Assembly (NCBI GenBank): GCA_963922745.1
Contig: CAWUKF010000001.1
Location: 183-64,182, forward strand
DNA: 64,000 bases
From: an uncultured Sphingomonadales bacterium
GTDB taxonomy: Bacteria > Pseudomonadota > Alphaproteobacteria > Sphingomonadales > Sphingomonadaceae
Direction of reading: 5' to 3'
Below, piece by piece: positions 18,737-28,281 of this stretch. The notes beneath the pieces are model-generated. The model was given only the letters and a program-made list of their open reading frames with translations. It had not been told where the DNA came from and searched no databases. Positions within the stretch are counted from its first letter, which is position 1. Every line of letters begins with the position of its first letter. The translations under genes and the position numbers were made by a program.

Positions 18737-18976
18737 ATGCGTTTCGGTAAAATTGGAATGGCTGCAGCAGCAGCCGCATCGCTTGTAAGCGCACCTGTCC
18801 TGGCACAGGCTTCGCAGCCTGTATCGTCTGTTTCACGCACCAGTGCAACCGTCGAAGGCGAGAACAATGTTGAAGGTGGCTCGGGCATTATCATTGCTAT
18901 CCTCGCTGCAGCAGCAGTGATCGGCGGCATCATTATCGCAGCCGACGGCAGCGAAAATACGCCGACCTCCCCCTGA
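18737..18976 (+). CDS. Small exported hydrophobic protein
   Basis: AAGGAG RBS, Sec signal ending PVLA|Q, hydrophobic core GIIIAILAAAAVIGGIIIAA, and its own terminator. Confidence 0.75.
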   Translation: MRFGKIGMAAAAAASLVSAPVLAQASQPVSSVSRTSATVEGENNVEGGSGIIIAILAAAAVIGGIIIAADGSENTPTSP

Positions 18977-18999
18977 ACCAGTTCAGACACGAATTTAAG

Positions 19000-19029
19000 A
19001 ATGGCGGCCGATCGGTCGCCATTTTTTTT
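19000..19029 (+). terminator. Intrinsic terminator
   Basis: AATGGCGGCC-gatc-GGTCGCCATT hairpin running into a T tract. Confidence 0.8.
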
Positions 19030-19102
19030 GCATATTCGATTGGCAAGAACCGGCCATCTGGCGACAAAATATCGTTGATCCGGTCGACCAGCGAAGCCTT
19101 TG

Positions 19103-19131
19103 GTTGCACATCCGCACCCGATTACCCATAT
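19103..19131 (+). promoter_or_regulatory. Putative RpoH (sigma32) promoter of hslVU
   Basis: GTTGCA-N16-CCCATAT, 8 nt before the ATG at 19140; hslVU is a known heat-shock operon. Confidence 0.5.
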
Positions 19132-19139
19132 CCCGTTTC

Positions 19140-19706
19140 ATGACAGAAAATCAGCAACATGGCCTGCTGCAATGGCATGGCACCACAATCCTATCGGTAC
19201 GAAGAAATGGCAAGGTCGTGGTCGTCGGCGACGGTCAGGTGTCTATGGGACAAACCGTCATGAAGCAGAACGCCCGCAAGGTCAGGCAACTGCACGACGG
19301 CTCGGTAATCGGCGGCTTTGCAGGTGCTACCGCGGATGCCTTCACCCTGTTTGAACGGCTGGAAGCGAAGCTCGAGCGGCACAGCGGACAATTGATGCGC
19401 GCCGCCGTCGAGCTTGCCAAGGACTGGCGCACCGACAAATATCTGCGCAACCTGGAAGCGCTGATGATCGTGGCCGACAAGGATATCACGCTGATCCTCA
19501 CCGGCAATGGCGATGTACTGGAACCCAATGAAGGCATTGCCGCAATCGGGTCCGGCGGAAATTTTGCTCTGTCTGCGGCCCGGGCCCTGATGGACTATGA
19601 GAAGGATGCCGAAAAATTGGCCAGAAAGGCGATGGAGATCGCTGCGGAAATTTGTGTCTACACGAATGACCAGATCACGATCGAAACGCTCGACAGCGAT
19701 ATCTAG
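19140..19706 (+). CDS. hslV: ATP-dependent protease, peptidase subunit
   Basis: HGTTILSVR with the catalytic Thr, [25 protein letters not shown] and IGSGG. Confidence 0.97.
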   Translation: MTENQQHGLLQWHGTTILSVRRNGKVVVVGDGQVSMGQTVMKQNARKVRQLHDGSVIGGFAGATADAFTLFERLEAKLERHSGQLMRAAVELAKDWRTDKYLRNLEALMIVADKDITLILTGNGDVLEPNEGIAAIGSGGNFALSAARALMDYEKDAEKLARKAMEIAAEICVYTNDQITIETLDSDI

Positions 19707-19740
19707 CGCACCTCCGCCCCCAAATATTGAACGAAGAGAA

Positions 19741-21048
19741 ATGAGCATGCAGGCGAACCTGACCCCCAAAGCCATCGTCAAGGCGCTGGACGAACATATT
19801 ATCGGCCAGCAAGACGCCAAGCGCGCGGTAGCCGTCGCACTGCGCAATCGCTGGCGCAGACAGCGGCTGCCCGCTGATCTGCGCGAGGAAGTAACGCCGA
19901 AAAACATCCTGATGATCGGCCCCACCGGCTGCGGCAAGACCGAAATCTCCCGACGCCTGGCCAAGCTCGCCGACGCCCCCTTCATCAAGGTCGAGGCAAC
20001 CAAGTTCACCGAGGTCGGCTATGTCGGCCGTGATGTCGAGCAAATTGCCCGCGATCTTGCAGAGGAAGCGGTCCGGCTGGAGCGCGAACGGCGGCGACAG
20101 GCAGTGCACGAAGCCGCCGCCGAAGCCGCGATGAAACGGCTGCTCGACGTGTTGTGCGGCGAGAACGCAAGTGAAGCAACCCGGGAGAGCTTTCGCCAGC
20201 GTGTCGTCGACAATCACATGAACGACACCGAGATCGAAATCGAAGTCGAAGATACGCCCAATATGCCAATGGATATCCCCGGCATGGGTGGCCAGGTCGG
20301 GATGATCAATCTTTCCGACATGATGGGTAAAGCGCTGAACCAGAACCGCCTGAAACGCCGCAAGATGCGCGTCGCCGACGCCTGGGACAAGCTGGTCGAA
20401 GAGGAATCCGACAAGCGACTTGACGATGAAGATATCTCGCGGGCGGCAATATTGGACGCTGAATCCAACGGCATTGTCTTCCTTGACGAAATCGACAAGA
20501 TCGCGGTCAGCGACATGCGCGGCGGATCGGTCAGCCGGGAAGGCGTCCAGCGCGACCTCCTGCCGCTAATCGAAGGAACAACGGTTGCGACCAAATATGG
20601 CCCAATGAAAACCGATCATATCCTGTTCATCGCCTCTGGCGCTTTTTCCATATCCAAGCCCAGCGACATGTTGCCAGAATTGCAGGGCCGCCTGCCGATC
20701 CGGGTGGAACTGCGGGCGTTGACCGAATCCGACTTCGTCAGGATATTGACCGAGACAAAGGCCAATCTGCCGGAGCAATATATTGCTCTGCTTGGTACCG
20801 AAGATGTCAAGGTCAGCATCACCAAGGACGCGATCGAAAAGCTTGCCGAAATTGCGGCTAACGTCAACGAGACCGTCGAGAATATCGGCGCACGTCGGCT
20901 TCAGACCGTGATGGAAAAGCTGCTTGAAGAAATCAGTTTCACCGCAGAAGACCGGACTGGTGAGGAAATCAGCATCGACAAGGCCTATGTCGAGAAGCAA
21001 CTGTCGGACGTGGCCAAGGATACCGATCTGTCAAAATATGTTTTGTGA
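19741..21048 (+). CDS. hslU: ATP-dependent protease, ATPase subunit
   Basis: [33 protein letters not shown] and ENIGARRL. Confidence 0.97.
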   Translation: MSMQANLTPKAIVKALDEHIIGQQDAKRAVAVALRNRWRRQRLPADLREEVTPKNILMIGPTGCGKTEISRRLAKLADAPFIKVEATKFTEVGYVGRDVEQIARDLAEEAVRLERERRRQAVHEAAAEAAMKRLLDVLCGENASEATRESFRQRVVDNHMNDTEIEIEVEDTPNMPMDIPGMGGQVGMINLSDMMGKALNQNRLKRRKMRVADAWDKLVEEESDKRLDDEDISRAAILDAESNGIVFLDEIDKIAVSDMRGGSVSREGVQRDLLPLIEGTTVATKYGPMKTDHILFIASGAFSISKPSDMLPELQGRLPIRVELRALTESDFVRILTETKANLPEQYIALLGTEDVKVSITKDAIEKLAEIAANVNETVENIGARRLQTVMEKLLEEISFTAEDRTGEEISIDKAYVEKQLSDVAKDTDLSKYVL

Positions 21049-21172
21049 TGATACAGGCGGGTCATCGACCGGGTCCTGTCGGGCGTCGGGGCTATCGTTC
21101 CGCATCTGCTTCATTTGTTCGATACTGTAACGGAACGCTGATGAACCGCGAACCCGCTGAAGATAAAGCAGG

Positions 21173-21826
21173 ATGGATATTGTCATGATACGAACAGCCA
21201 CTACATTTTCTTTACTAGCCTCGGCCCTGGCCTTGTCTGGCTGCTCCGAGCCGGCGTCCAGCGACCAGATGGAAAGCGCTGAAAATGTTGAGAGCAAGCC
21301 GGAAACGATCGTTGCACCAATTACCGAGGCAGACAGTATCGACGCTGGACTGGCTGTTGGCGAACAGGTTCCCATGAAGGCCAGCCTCCTGCTGGACGGC
21401 AAGGAGACCACATTGGGAAAAATACTGGATCACGGCCCTGCCCTGATTGTCTTTACGCGATCGGTCGAGTGGTGCCCCTATTGCCAGACCCAGCTGAAAT
21501 CGATCAACGGAATCGTCGGGGACCTCAAGGACCGTGGATATCGTCTTTACGGCCTCAGCTATGACAGCCCGGACCAGCAGGATCGTTTCTCCAAAAACCA
21601 GATGCTGCAATATGAGATGCTGTCAGACGAGCCATCGACGGTGATCAATGCCTTCGGCATACGCGACCCCCAATATACCGAGGGACGAGCGGTGGGCGTA
21701 CCTTATGCATCGGTATATCTGATCGACAGCACCGGCAAGATTCTCGCCAAAACCGTGTCGGGCGATTATAAAAAGCGACCCAGCAACGACCAGATTCTCG
21801 CACTGGCGGATTCGATCAAGGGCTAA
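21173..21826 (+). CDS. Peroxiredoxin-like (AhpC/TSA, redoxin) lipoprotein
   Basis: Lipobox ALSG-C; FTRSVEWCPYC thioredoxin-fold motif; LSYDS and LSD. Confidence 0.75.
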   Translation: MDIVMIRTATTFSLLASALALSGCSEPASSDQMESAENVESKPETIVAPITEADSIDAGLAVGEQVPMKASLLLDGKETTLGKILDHGPALIVFTRSVEWCPYCQTQLKSINGIVGDLKDRGYRLYGLSYDSPDQQDRFSKNQMLQYEMLSDEPSTVINAFGIRDPQYTEGRAVGVPYASVYLIDSTGKILAKTVSGDYKKRPSNDQILALADSIKG

Positions 21827-21829
21827 GAC

Positions 21830-24763
21830 CTAATTGCTGCCGGCGGCTTCCATCGGCTCTGAGACCGGCTCATTGTCATTGGCGGCCAGACGATCGGATT
21901 CGGGCAGGACGACAAGTTTCCATTCTTTCTTGTCTTTGAGATATTTGATGGCAAGGGCCTGCACTTCCTCTGGTGTGATCACCGTATAGTCGCTGAGCAG
22001 ACTTTGCAGGGCGACAAATTTCTGGGGATTGTAGCTCGCGCCTTCCATCTGGCTCATCCAGAAACTGTTACCACTGCTCGCTCTGGCAATCAGCTGGCGC
22101 AAGGGCTCCACCACCCGCTGCAGTTCGTCGGCGCTCACCGGCTTTTCCCTCAAATCCCTGGCGATCATTTCTACCACATCGTAAAAGCGGTCGATATTAT
22201 CGGGTGTCAGCTGGCTCTGCGCCCCGATATAGCCGCCTGTTTCAAAATCGACCGGCCAGCTGTTGATGACCTGCGGACTGTAACTCGCTCCCTGCTGTGA
22301 GCGGAGGATTTCAAACAAACGGTCATTGAAAATTGACGTTAGCACCTCGAGCCTGCGACTTTCCCGGACATCTTCCAAACCGCCACCAGTCGGCCAGGCA
22401 ACCATTGCGGCCGCCCGTTCCTTGTCACCCTTGTGCACCAGGATTTCCGGCCCCGCCTGCGGTTCAGGGAATTGGGGGGACGTGGCATCTGCCGGAACTG
22501 CACTAAACTTCCGCCGTTTCAGAGCCCCAAACGTCTTGAGAACAGCATCGACCGCCTCGTCCCGGTCGAAATCGCCGAACAGCATCAGCTCGATGGGACC
22601 GCTGGCCAATATCGGCTGCCAGAATTTCTTGAAATTTTCTGCGGTCAGCTTGCTGAAATCCTCCTTGTTGGGAGTCTTCCAGCGCGGATCCTTGCCATGC
22701 ACGAGCCATTCCAGATCACGCTCGAGAACGGCCTGTGGAGAAGCAGAAAAGCTGTCATAGCCAATCAGCGCCGCCGCCTTGCTGCGGATCACGGGCGCCG
22801 GGTCCCAGCGCGGAAATTCCAGTTTGGCTGCAATAAGGTGTAGCTGGTCCTCTAGATCCGAGGGCCGCGTATCCGCAGTAATCTCGAATGCGTCATTGTC
22901 GATATCGAATCCCAGGCCAATCCTGCGACCGGTGGTGATCTTGTCGAGCTCTTCCTGCCCGAGGTCGCCCACACCGCTCGCCATCAGCGCCATCGCACCC
23001 GACCAGGCGAGGGTTTGCTGCGTCGAGGACAGCCCGCTATAGCCGTGACCGAAACGGGCATTGACCATGATTTTGTTACGCTCCGCCGTATTCGGGAACA
23101 GCAGCACCCTGACGCCATTGCTCAATTCCAGCTGCTCGACATCGAAACGCTCGATTTTTCGGGAGGCCTTGATAGTCCCCTTCTTGCCAATTTTTTTCAG
23201 CGACTCAAAGCCAATGTCAGACTGGACGACTCGGACGTCGCTGGCTGCCTCAACAGTGTTTTGCAGCGCCTTGGCAAGCCGGGCCTTTCCACCATCAATC
23301 GCATCGGGCGATGTCAGCAAGGCGCGTGTCGATACACCCGAGAATAGCTTGCGCGTTGAATCGAGCAGCCGCTTCGGCGTGTAGAGATCTCGCATCGCGC
23401 GGAACACGTCCAGGGCAACCTGCGGCGTCGCGACGGTCTCGCGAATATCGACTGCATTGATTATATTGTCGGCCTGTTTTCGCGCCGCTTCGGTTTGATA
23501 GCTCTCGACTCCGATCGCCAAAGCGGCATCAAATTCGGCTATTTCCCGGGCAATATCGGCCTCGGATGGCGCTCTGGTGGTGGCGTCGGCGATTACCGCC
23601 CGGACATCCTTAAGCGCCGCCTCCCAGTCGTCGCCGAGCGGAACGATACTGATAAAGGTGCCGTCGATCGAGCGGCTGACATCGTCCTGCCCGACGCTTG
23701 CCTGCAGGTAGCTGCCCCCTGCCCTGGCGCGGGTTTCCAGTCTGCGATTGATCAACTGCAGCGCGAGAAGGTCGATCAATATCTGCTGGTTGTAAACGAT
23801 TGTATCTTCTACCTGCTCCCACGGCCGCTCGATGGCCATGGAAATGAACCGGGGCAAGGTCGGCTCGACCACAACCCGGCTGATATCGGCCGTCTCCTTA
23901 GGCTGGCCAAAATCGGGAATAGTGCCGGCCTCGCCCTCGCCTCGCCATTGCGAAAAATGCTTGTTCAGCAGCTCCTCGAACATGGCCGGATCGCCATCGC
24001 CAGCGATCACGATCACCGTATGCTCCGGACGGTACCAGCGTTGGTGAAACAGTTGCAGCATCTGCGGGGTCGCGGCGCTCAGCGTTTCCGGGGTACCGAT
24101 CGGGGCGCGGTTGGCAAGGCGCTGTCCGGCAAAGAACAATTCCCTTGTGGCGTTCTGTACCGCGGTCTGGGGGCCGGCACGTTCGCGCAATTCAGCCAGC
24201 ACTACCGGGCGTTCGGCGTTGACCGCCGTGATACTCAGTCCGGGAGAGCTAACCATACCCGACAATATTTTCAGGCTCTCGTCGAGGCTGGCCCTGGTGG
24301 CATTGGGCAGATCAAGCTTGTAGACGGTTTGCGTCGGTGTGGTTTCGGCGTTGCTGTCGCTGCCAAATGTCGCGCCGAGGCGCTGCCAGACACGCTTTGC
24401 CTCGCCGTCGGGAACATGGGTCGAACCGCGGAACGTCAGATGTTCCATGAAATGAGCGAATCCCTGCTCCTCGTCCGTCTCCATCAGCGAACCAACATCG
24501 ACTCGCAAGCGGATCGACACCTGCCCGGGCGGAACACCATTGCGTTTGACCGCGTAGCGCATGCCGTTGTCGAGTTCTCCGAAGGTCCAGCTTTTGTCCA
24601 CCGGGATATCGCTGTTTTTGTAGAGCCAAGGGGTCTCGCTATCGTCTGCCGGCTTTTCTTTTGCTGGCGTTTGCGCGAAGCCGATGGTGGGGATCGTCAG
24701 CAAGCAGAGCAGCAGCAGGACAAGGGGCAAGGTCCGCAGGGCGGAGGAAGCTATTGTTTTCAT
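21830..24763 (-). CDS. M16 family zinc metallopeptidase (PqqL/pitrilysin-like), exported
   Basis: Signal peptide, GELDNGMRY, the inverted zinc motif HFMEH, and a second M16 half (LSNGVRV). Confidence 0.9.
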   Translation of the reverse strand: MKTIASSALRTLPLVLLLLCLLTIPTIGFAQTPAKEKPADDSETPWLYKNSDIPVDKSWTFGELDNGMRYAVKRNGVPPGQVSIRLRVDVGSLMETDEEQGFAHFMEHLTFRGSTHVPDGEAKRVWQRLGATFGSDSNAETTPTQTVYKLDLPNATRASLDESLKILSGMVSSPGLSITAVNAERPVVLAELRERAGPQTAVQNATRELFFAGQRLANRAPIGTPETLSAATPQMLQLFHQRWYRPEHTVIVIAGDGDPAMFEELLNKHFSQWRGEGEAGTIPDFGQPKETADISRVVVEPTLPRFISMAIERPWEQVEDTIVYNQQILIDLLALQLINRRLETRARAGGSYLQASVGQDDVSRSIDGTFISIVPLGDDWEAALKDVRAVIADATTRAPSEADIAREIAEFDAALAIGVESYQTEAARKQADNIINAVDIRETVATPQVALDVFRAMRDLYTPKRLLDSTRKLFSGVSTRALLTSPDAIDGGKARLAKALQNTVEAASDVRVVQSDIGFESLKKIGKKGTIKASRKIERFDVEQLELSNGVRVLLFPNTAERNKIMVNARFGHGYSGLSSTQQTLAWSGAMALMASGVGDLGQEELDKITTGRRIGLGFDIDNDAFEITADTRPSDLEDQLHLIAAKLEFPRWDPAPVIRSKAAALIGYDSFSASPQAVLERDLEWLVHGKDPRWKTPNKEDFSKLTAENFKKFWQPILASGPIELMLFGDFDRDEAVDAVLKTFGALKRRKFSAVPADATSPQFPEPQAGPEILVHKGDKERAAAMVAWPTGGGLEDVRESRRLEVLTSIFNDRLFEILRSQQGASYSPQVINSWPVDFETGGYIGAQSQLTPDNIDRFYDVVEMIARDLREKPVSADELQRVVEPLRQLIARASSGNSFWMSQMEGASYNPQKFVALQSLLSDYTVITPEEVQALAIKYLKDKKEWKLVVLPESDRLAANDNEPVSEPMEAAGSN

Positions 24764-24886
24764 CCAGCGGATATAAGCAGGCCCAATGTTACTGGCCAGT
24801 GAATATTCCCGGGATAAAGGCATCGTGCCCCTGCGGTTTTCTGTTTAACCCTTGATTGAAGCGATGATAGTCGCCAGATACCATTC

Positions 24887-25459
24887 ATGCTGATTGAAAC
24901 CGAAAAAACACCAAATCCATCGACCCTGAAATTTCTTCTGGGTCAGCCGGTCATGTCCGACGGAACCCGCGATTTCGCGTCACCGGAGGAGGCCGAGATA
25001 TCGCCCCTCGCCGAGGCCCTGTTCACGCTCGGTGATGTGACGGGTGTATTCTTTGGATCGGACTTCATCTCGGTGACATGTGGACCGGGCGCCGACTGGA
25101 GCGAACAGAAGCCGCAGGTGCTCAGCATCCTGCTCGATCATTTCTCCGCAGGGCTGCCGCTTTTCAAGCCGGGCAGTGCTGGCGACATCATCGTGCCACC
25201 GGAAGAAGAAGTGCATGACGATCCCGAGGATGCCGACATCGTCGCCCAGATCAAGGAACTGATCGAGACGAGGGTGCGGCCCGCCGTGGCCAATGATGGC
25301 GGTGACATCATCTATCGCGGTTTCAACAAGGGCACTGTCTTTCTCAAAATGCAGGGCGCATGTGCCGGATGCCCGTCATCCACAGCCACGCTCAAGCACG
25401 GCATCGAGTCGCTTCTGAAACATTATGTTCCCGAGGTTACCGAAGTCCGCGCCGCCTAA
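24887..25459 (+). CDS. NifU/Nfu-family Fe-S carrier (Nfu_N + NifU-C)
   Basis: TEKTPNPSTLKF and VRPAVANDGGDI...GACAGCPSS. Confidence 0.92.
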   Translation: MLIETEKTPNPSTLKFLLGQPVMSDGTRDFASPEEAEISPLAEALFTLGDVTGVFFGSDFISVTCGPGADWSEQKPQVLSILLDHFSAGLPLFKPGSAGDIIVPPEEEVHDDPEDADIVAQIKELIETRVRPAVANDGGDIIYRGFNKGTVFLKMQGACAGCPSSTATLKHGIESLLKHYVPEVTEVRAA

Positions 25460-25484
25460 TCCTCCCCAATACAAGGACAAATCA

Positions 25485-26078
25485 ATGAATTCTCCACTGG
25501 GCCAAGCAGCGCTGGATCAGCTGTTTCTAAAAGCACGCACCTATAACGGCTATCTCGACAAGCCCGTGACCGTGGAACAGCTCCACGCCATCTGGGACCT
25601 GATGAAGATGGGGCCAACCAGCGCGAATATGCTGCCGGCACGGCTGATCTGGTGCCACAGCCAGCAGTCGCGCGATCGACTCGCGGACCTGTCATCGGAA
25701 GGCAACCAGGACAAGATCCGCAAGGCACCGGCAGCTGTGATCATCGGCATGGACCAGAATTTTCACGACCATCTGCCCGAGCTGTTTCCGCACGCCGACG
25801 CCAAAAGCTGGTTCGAGGGCGATGCCGAAGCGCGCAAGGTCCATTCGATGCGAAACAGCTCGCTGCAGGGTGCCTATTTCATTCTCGCTGCGCGCGCACT
25901 CGGCCTCGATACCGGCCCAATGTCCGGCTTCGACAATGACGCCGTCGACAAGGAATTTTTCGGCGATCAGCCTAATGTGAAATCCAATTTCATCTCAACT
26001 TTGGGCTATGGCGATGCTTCAACGATTTTCGATCGCAGCCCTCGCCCGGACTTCGACAAATTTAACAGCCTGATCTGA
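25485..26078 (+). CDS. rutE: Malonic semialdehyde reductase-like nitroreductase
   Basis: LDQLFLKART, MGPTSAN, RNSSLQGAYFILAARALGLDTGPMSGFD and RSPR. Confidence 0.85.
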   Translation: MNSPLGQAALDQLFLKARTYNGYLDKPVTVEQLHAIWDLMKMGPTSANMLPARLIWCHSQQSRDRLADLSSEGNQDKIRKAPAAVIIGMDQNFHDHLPELFPHADAKSWFEGDAEARKVHSMRNSSLQGAYFILAARALGLDTGPMSGFDNDAVDKEFFGDQPNVKSNFISTLGYGDASTIFDRSPRPDFDKFNSLI

Positions 26079-26085
26079 CCGGTTG

Positions 26086-26712
26086 ATGGGCGAGCGACTT
26101 CTCGCAATCGACACCGCCACCGTCGCCTGCTCCGTCGCATTGTTCGATGATGGCGCGCTATTGGCTGCCGACTATGCCGAGATCGGTCGCGGCCATGCGG
26201 AAAAGCTGATTCCCGCCATCGCTCAGCTTCCCGGTCACGGTCGGGCCGACCGGATACTGGTCAATTGCGGACCGGGAAGCTTTACTGGCGTGCGCATCGG
26301 TATTTCCGCTGCCAAAGCGCTTGCCCTGGCCTGGGGAGCGACGGTCCAGGGCTATAGCTGTCTGTCGCTGGTTGCGGCCCAGGCCAGAGATCAACTGGAC
26401 GAAGCTCGCCCGATCTGCGTCGCGATGCACGCGGGACATGGCGAATATTTCGTGCAGAATTTTTCCGCTTCCGGTGATCCGATTGCCCCGTTTGCAACGC
26501 TAACGCCGGAACAGGCGGCCAGCCAGTTGGCGGCCGACGTAATCGTCGGCTCTGCGGCCGCTGAACTGGCAGGCGCAACGGGCATCGATACGCATTTTTC
26601 GATATTGCCAAACGCCGCGCATATCTCTTTAGTGGCCAGCGAGATGAAAAACCTGCCTGCCAAGCCGAATTACGGGCGCGAGCCGGACGCCCAGCCTGCG
26701 AAATCCGCCTGA
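26086..26712 (+). CDS. tsaB: tRNA threonylcarbamoyladenosine biosynthesis protein
   Basis: LAIDTAT, GRGHAEKL and GPGSFTGVRIG. Confidence 0.93.
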   Translation: MGERLLAIDTATVACSVALFDDGALLAADYAEIGRGHAEKLIPAIAQLPGHGRADRILVNCGPGSFTGVRIGISAAKALALAWGATVQGYSCLSLVAAQARDQLDEARPICVAMHAGHGEYFVQNFSASGDPIAPFATLTPEQAASQLAADVIVGSAAAELAGATGIDTHFSILPNAAHISLVASEMKNLPAKPNYGREPDAQPAKSA

Positions 26713-26715
26713 GCG

Positions 26716-27219
26716 ATGGCCAGTCGCCAGTGCCCGTGGGACGATGATGGCTTGGGTCCCATCGAAATACGGACCGGAGACCTTAGCCATCTGAATGCAG
26801 TCATGCAGGTCATGGATCGGGCCTTTCCCAAGACTTACGGCGAGGGATGGAACAATCATCAGTGCCGTTCCATGCTTTCGATGCCGAATGCGAAGCTGTT
26901 AATCGCATCGCGGCAGGACATCGTCTGCGGTTTCGTCATCAGCCGGCAGGCAGCGGACGAGGAAGAATTGCTGATGATCGCTGTGGCACCAGAGTACCAA
27001 GGTCAGGGCATAGGATATCTGTTGCTCGACCATATGCTTGAGAGGGCGCGGGCCCATCAAGTTGCGTCCGTATTTTTGGAGATGAGAGCCGATAATACTG
27101 CCGAAAAACTATACACCAAATTCGGCTTCCACCGCATCGGATTGAGAAAGGCCTATTACACGGGTCCCGATATGGAGAAATATGACGCGGTTACTTACAA
27201 GGCAACGCTTTCCGTTTAA
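26716..27219 (+). CDS. rimI: RimI-like GNAT N-acetyltransferase
   Basis: ELLMIAVAPEYQGQGIG, FLEMRADN, LY..FGF..IGLRKAYY; follows tsaB. Confidence 0.8.
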   Translation: MASRQCPWDDDGLGPIEIRTGDLSHLNAVMQVMDRAFPKTYGEGWNNHQCRSMLSMPNAKLLIASRQDIVCGFVISRQAADEEELLMIAVAPEYQGQGIGYLLLDHMLERARAHQVASVFLEMRADNTAEKLYTKFGFHRIGLRKAYYTGPDMEKYDAVTYKATLSV

Positions 27220-27328
27220 AAATATCGCTGATTGGTTTGACAGTTGCGGTCCCAGATAGTTTGTGCAAATACCGACGAGCAGATAATGCAATATAAAAAA
27301 TAATAGTCGCAACTTAAGGTAATAGAAT

Positions 27329-27745
27329 ATGACAGAGGAAGAAATTGCTCTGAATGAGACGCTAATAACGCTCACTTCAGACATCGTTGCAGCACATGTC
27401 AGCAACAATAGCGTAGCGGTATCCGATCTACCGCTTATCATCAGCAGTGTTCATGGGGCCCTCGCGAACCTTTCCGGTCAGGCGGCTGAACAAGCCCGGC
27501 CCGAGCCCGCGGTTCCGATCAAGGCATCGATCAAGCCAGATTATGTCGTTTGTCTGGAAGATGGCAAGAAGCTGAAAATGCTGAAGCGCCACCTCATGAC
27601 TCACTATGGCATGACGCCGGAAGACTATCGCGCAAAATGGGGATTGCCGAACGATTATCCGATGGTTGCGCCCAACTACGCTGAAAAGCGCCGCCAGCTT
27701 GCCAAGGCCATAGGTCTCGGCAAGAAAAAGGGCAAAACGAAATAA
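27329..27745 (+). CDS. mucR: MucR/Ros-family zinc-finger regulator
   Basis: LTSDIVAAHVSNN, VCLEDGKKLKMLKRHL and DYPMVAPNY. Confidence 0.95.
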   Translation: MTEEEIALNETLITLTSDIVAAHVSNNSVAVSDLPLIISSVHGALANLSGQAAEQARPEPAVPIKASIKPDYVVCLEDGKKLKMLKRHLMTHYGMTPEDYRAKWGLPNDYPMVAPNYAEKRRQLAKAIGLGKKKGKTK

Positions 27746-27857
27746 ACCATTTGTTGCAGCACGGAATTCGGAAAATTGCGGCGCTTTTGCCGTAATTTTC
27801 CCTTTGCAATATCCGCGACCCCGCATAGAGTCTTCGCCATCGTAACGGGAAGGTTGC

Positions 27858-28280
27858 ATGCCGCAAAAAATTGATCTTGAAGCATTATGCGCGGAAAAGG
27901 GACTCCGCATCACCGACCAGCGTCGGGTGATTGCGCGCGTTATTTCCGATGCCGAGGATCATCCTGACGTCGAAACTCTGCACGAGCGGGCCTCGGCGGT
28001 CGATTCCCGAATCTCGATCGCGACCGTCTACCGGACGGTTCGCCTGTTTGAAGAAGCAGGAATTCTGGACCGCCATGATTTTGGTGACGGACGCGCCCGT
28101 TATGAAGCCGTACCGGAATCTCATCATGATCATCTGATCGATGTCGAAACCGGAAAAGTGATAGAATTTGTCGATCCGGAGCTGGAAGCCCTGCAAAAGC
28201 AGATAGCCGAAAAACTCGGCTACCGGCTGGTTGATCATCGCATGGAGCTTTATGGCGTATCTCTCGCCAGAAAAAGCTGA
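27858..28280 (+). CDS. fur: Fur-family transcriptional regulator
   Basis: GLRITDQRR, DHPDVE, SIATVYRTVRLF and HHDHLID. Metal specificity (Fur versus Mur) cannot be read from the sequence. Confidence 0.88.
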   Translation: MPQKIDLEALCAEKGLRITDQRRVIARVISDAEDHPDVETLHERASAVDSRISIATVYRTVRLFEEAGILDRHDFGDGRARYEAVPESHHDHLIDVETGKVIEFVDPELEALQKQIAEKLGYRLVDHRMELYGVSLARKS

Positions 28281-28281
28281 G

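Noticed and set aside
21830-24763. M16 peptidase as the processing protease of the PqqD cassette
   Set aside because: It is 16 kb away, has a signal peptide and belongs to a widespread family; nothing in the sequence links the two.
23495-24802. Long antisense ORFs (also 1467..2810, 30345..31655, 44645..45952, 48480..49631, 53262..54662, 60899..62383)
   Set aside because: They mirror well-supported genes on the opposite strand, as expected from GC-rich codon bias, and carry no motifs.
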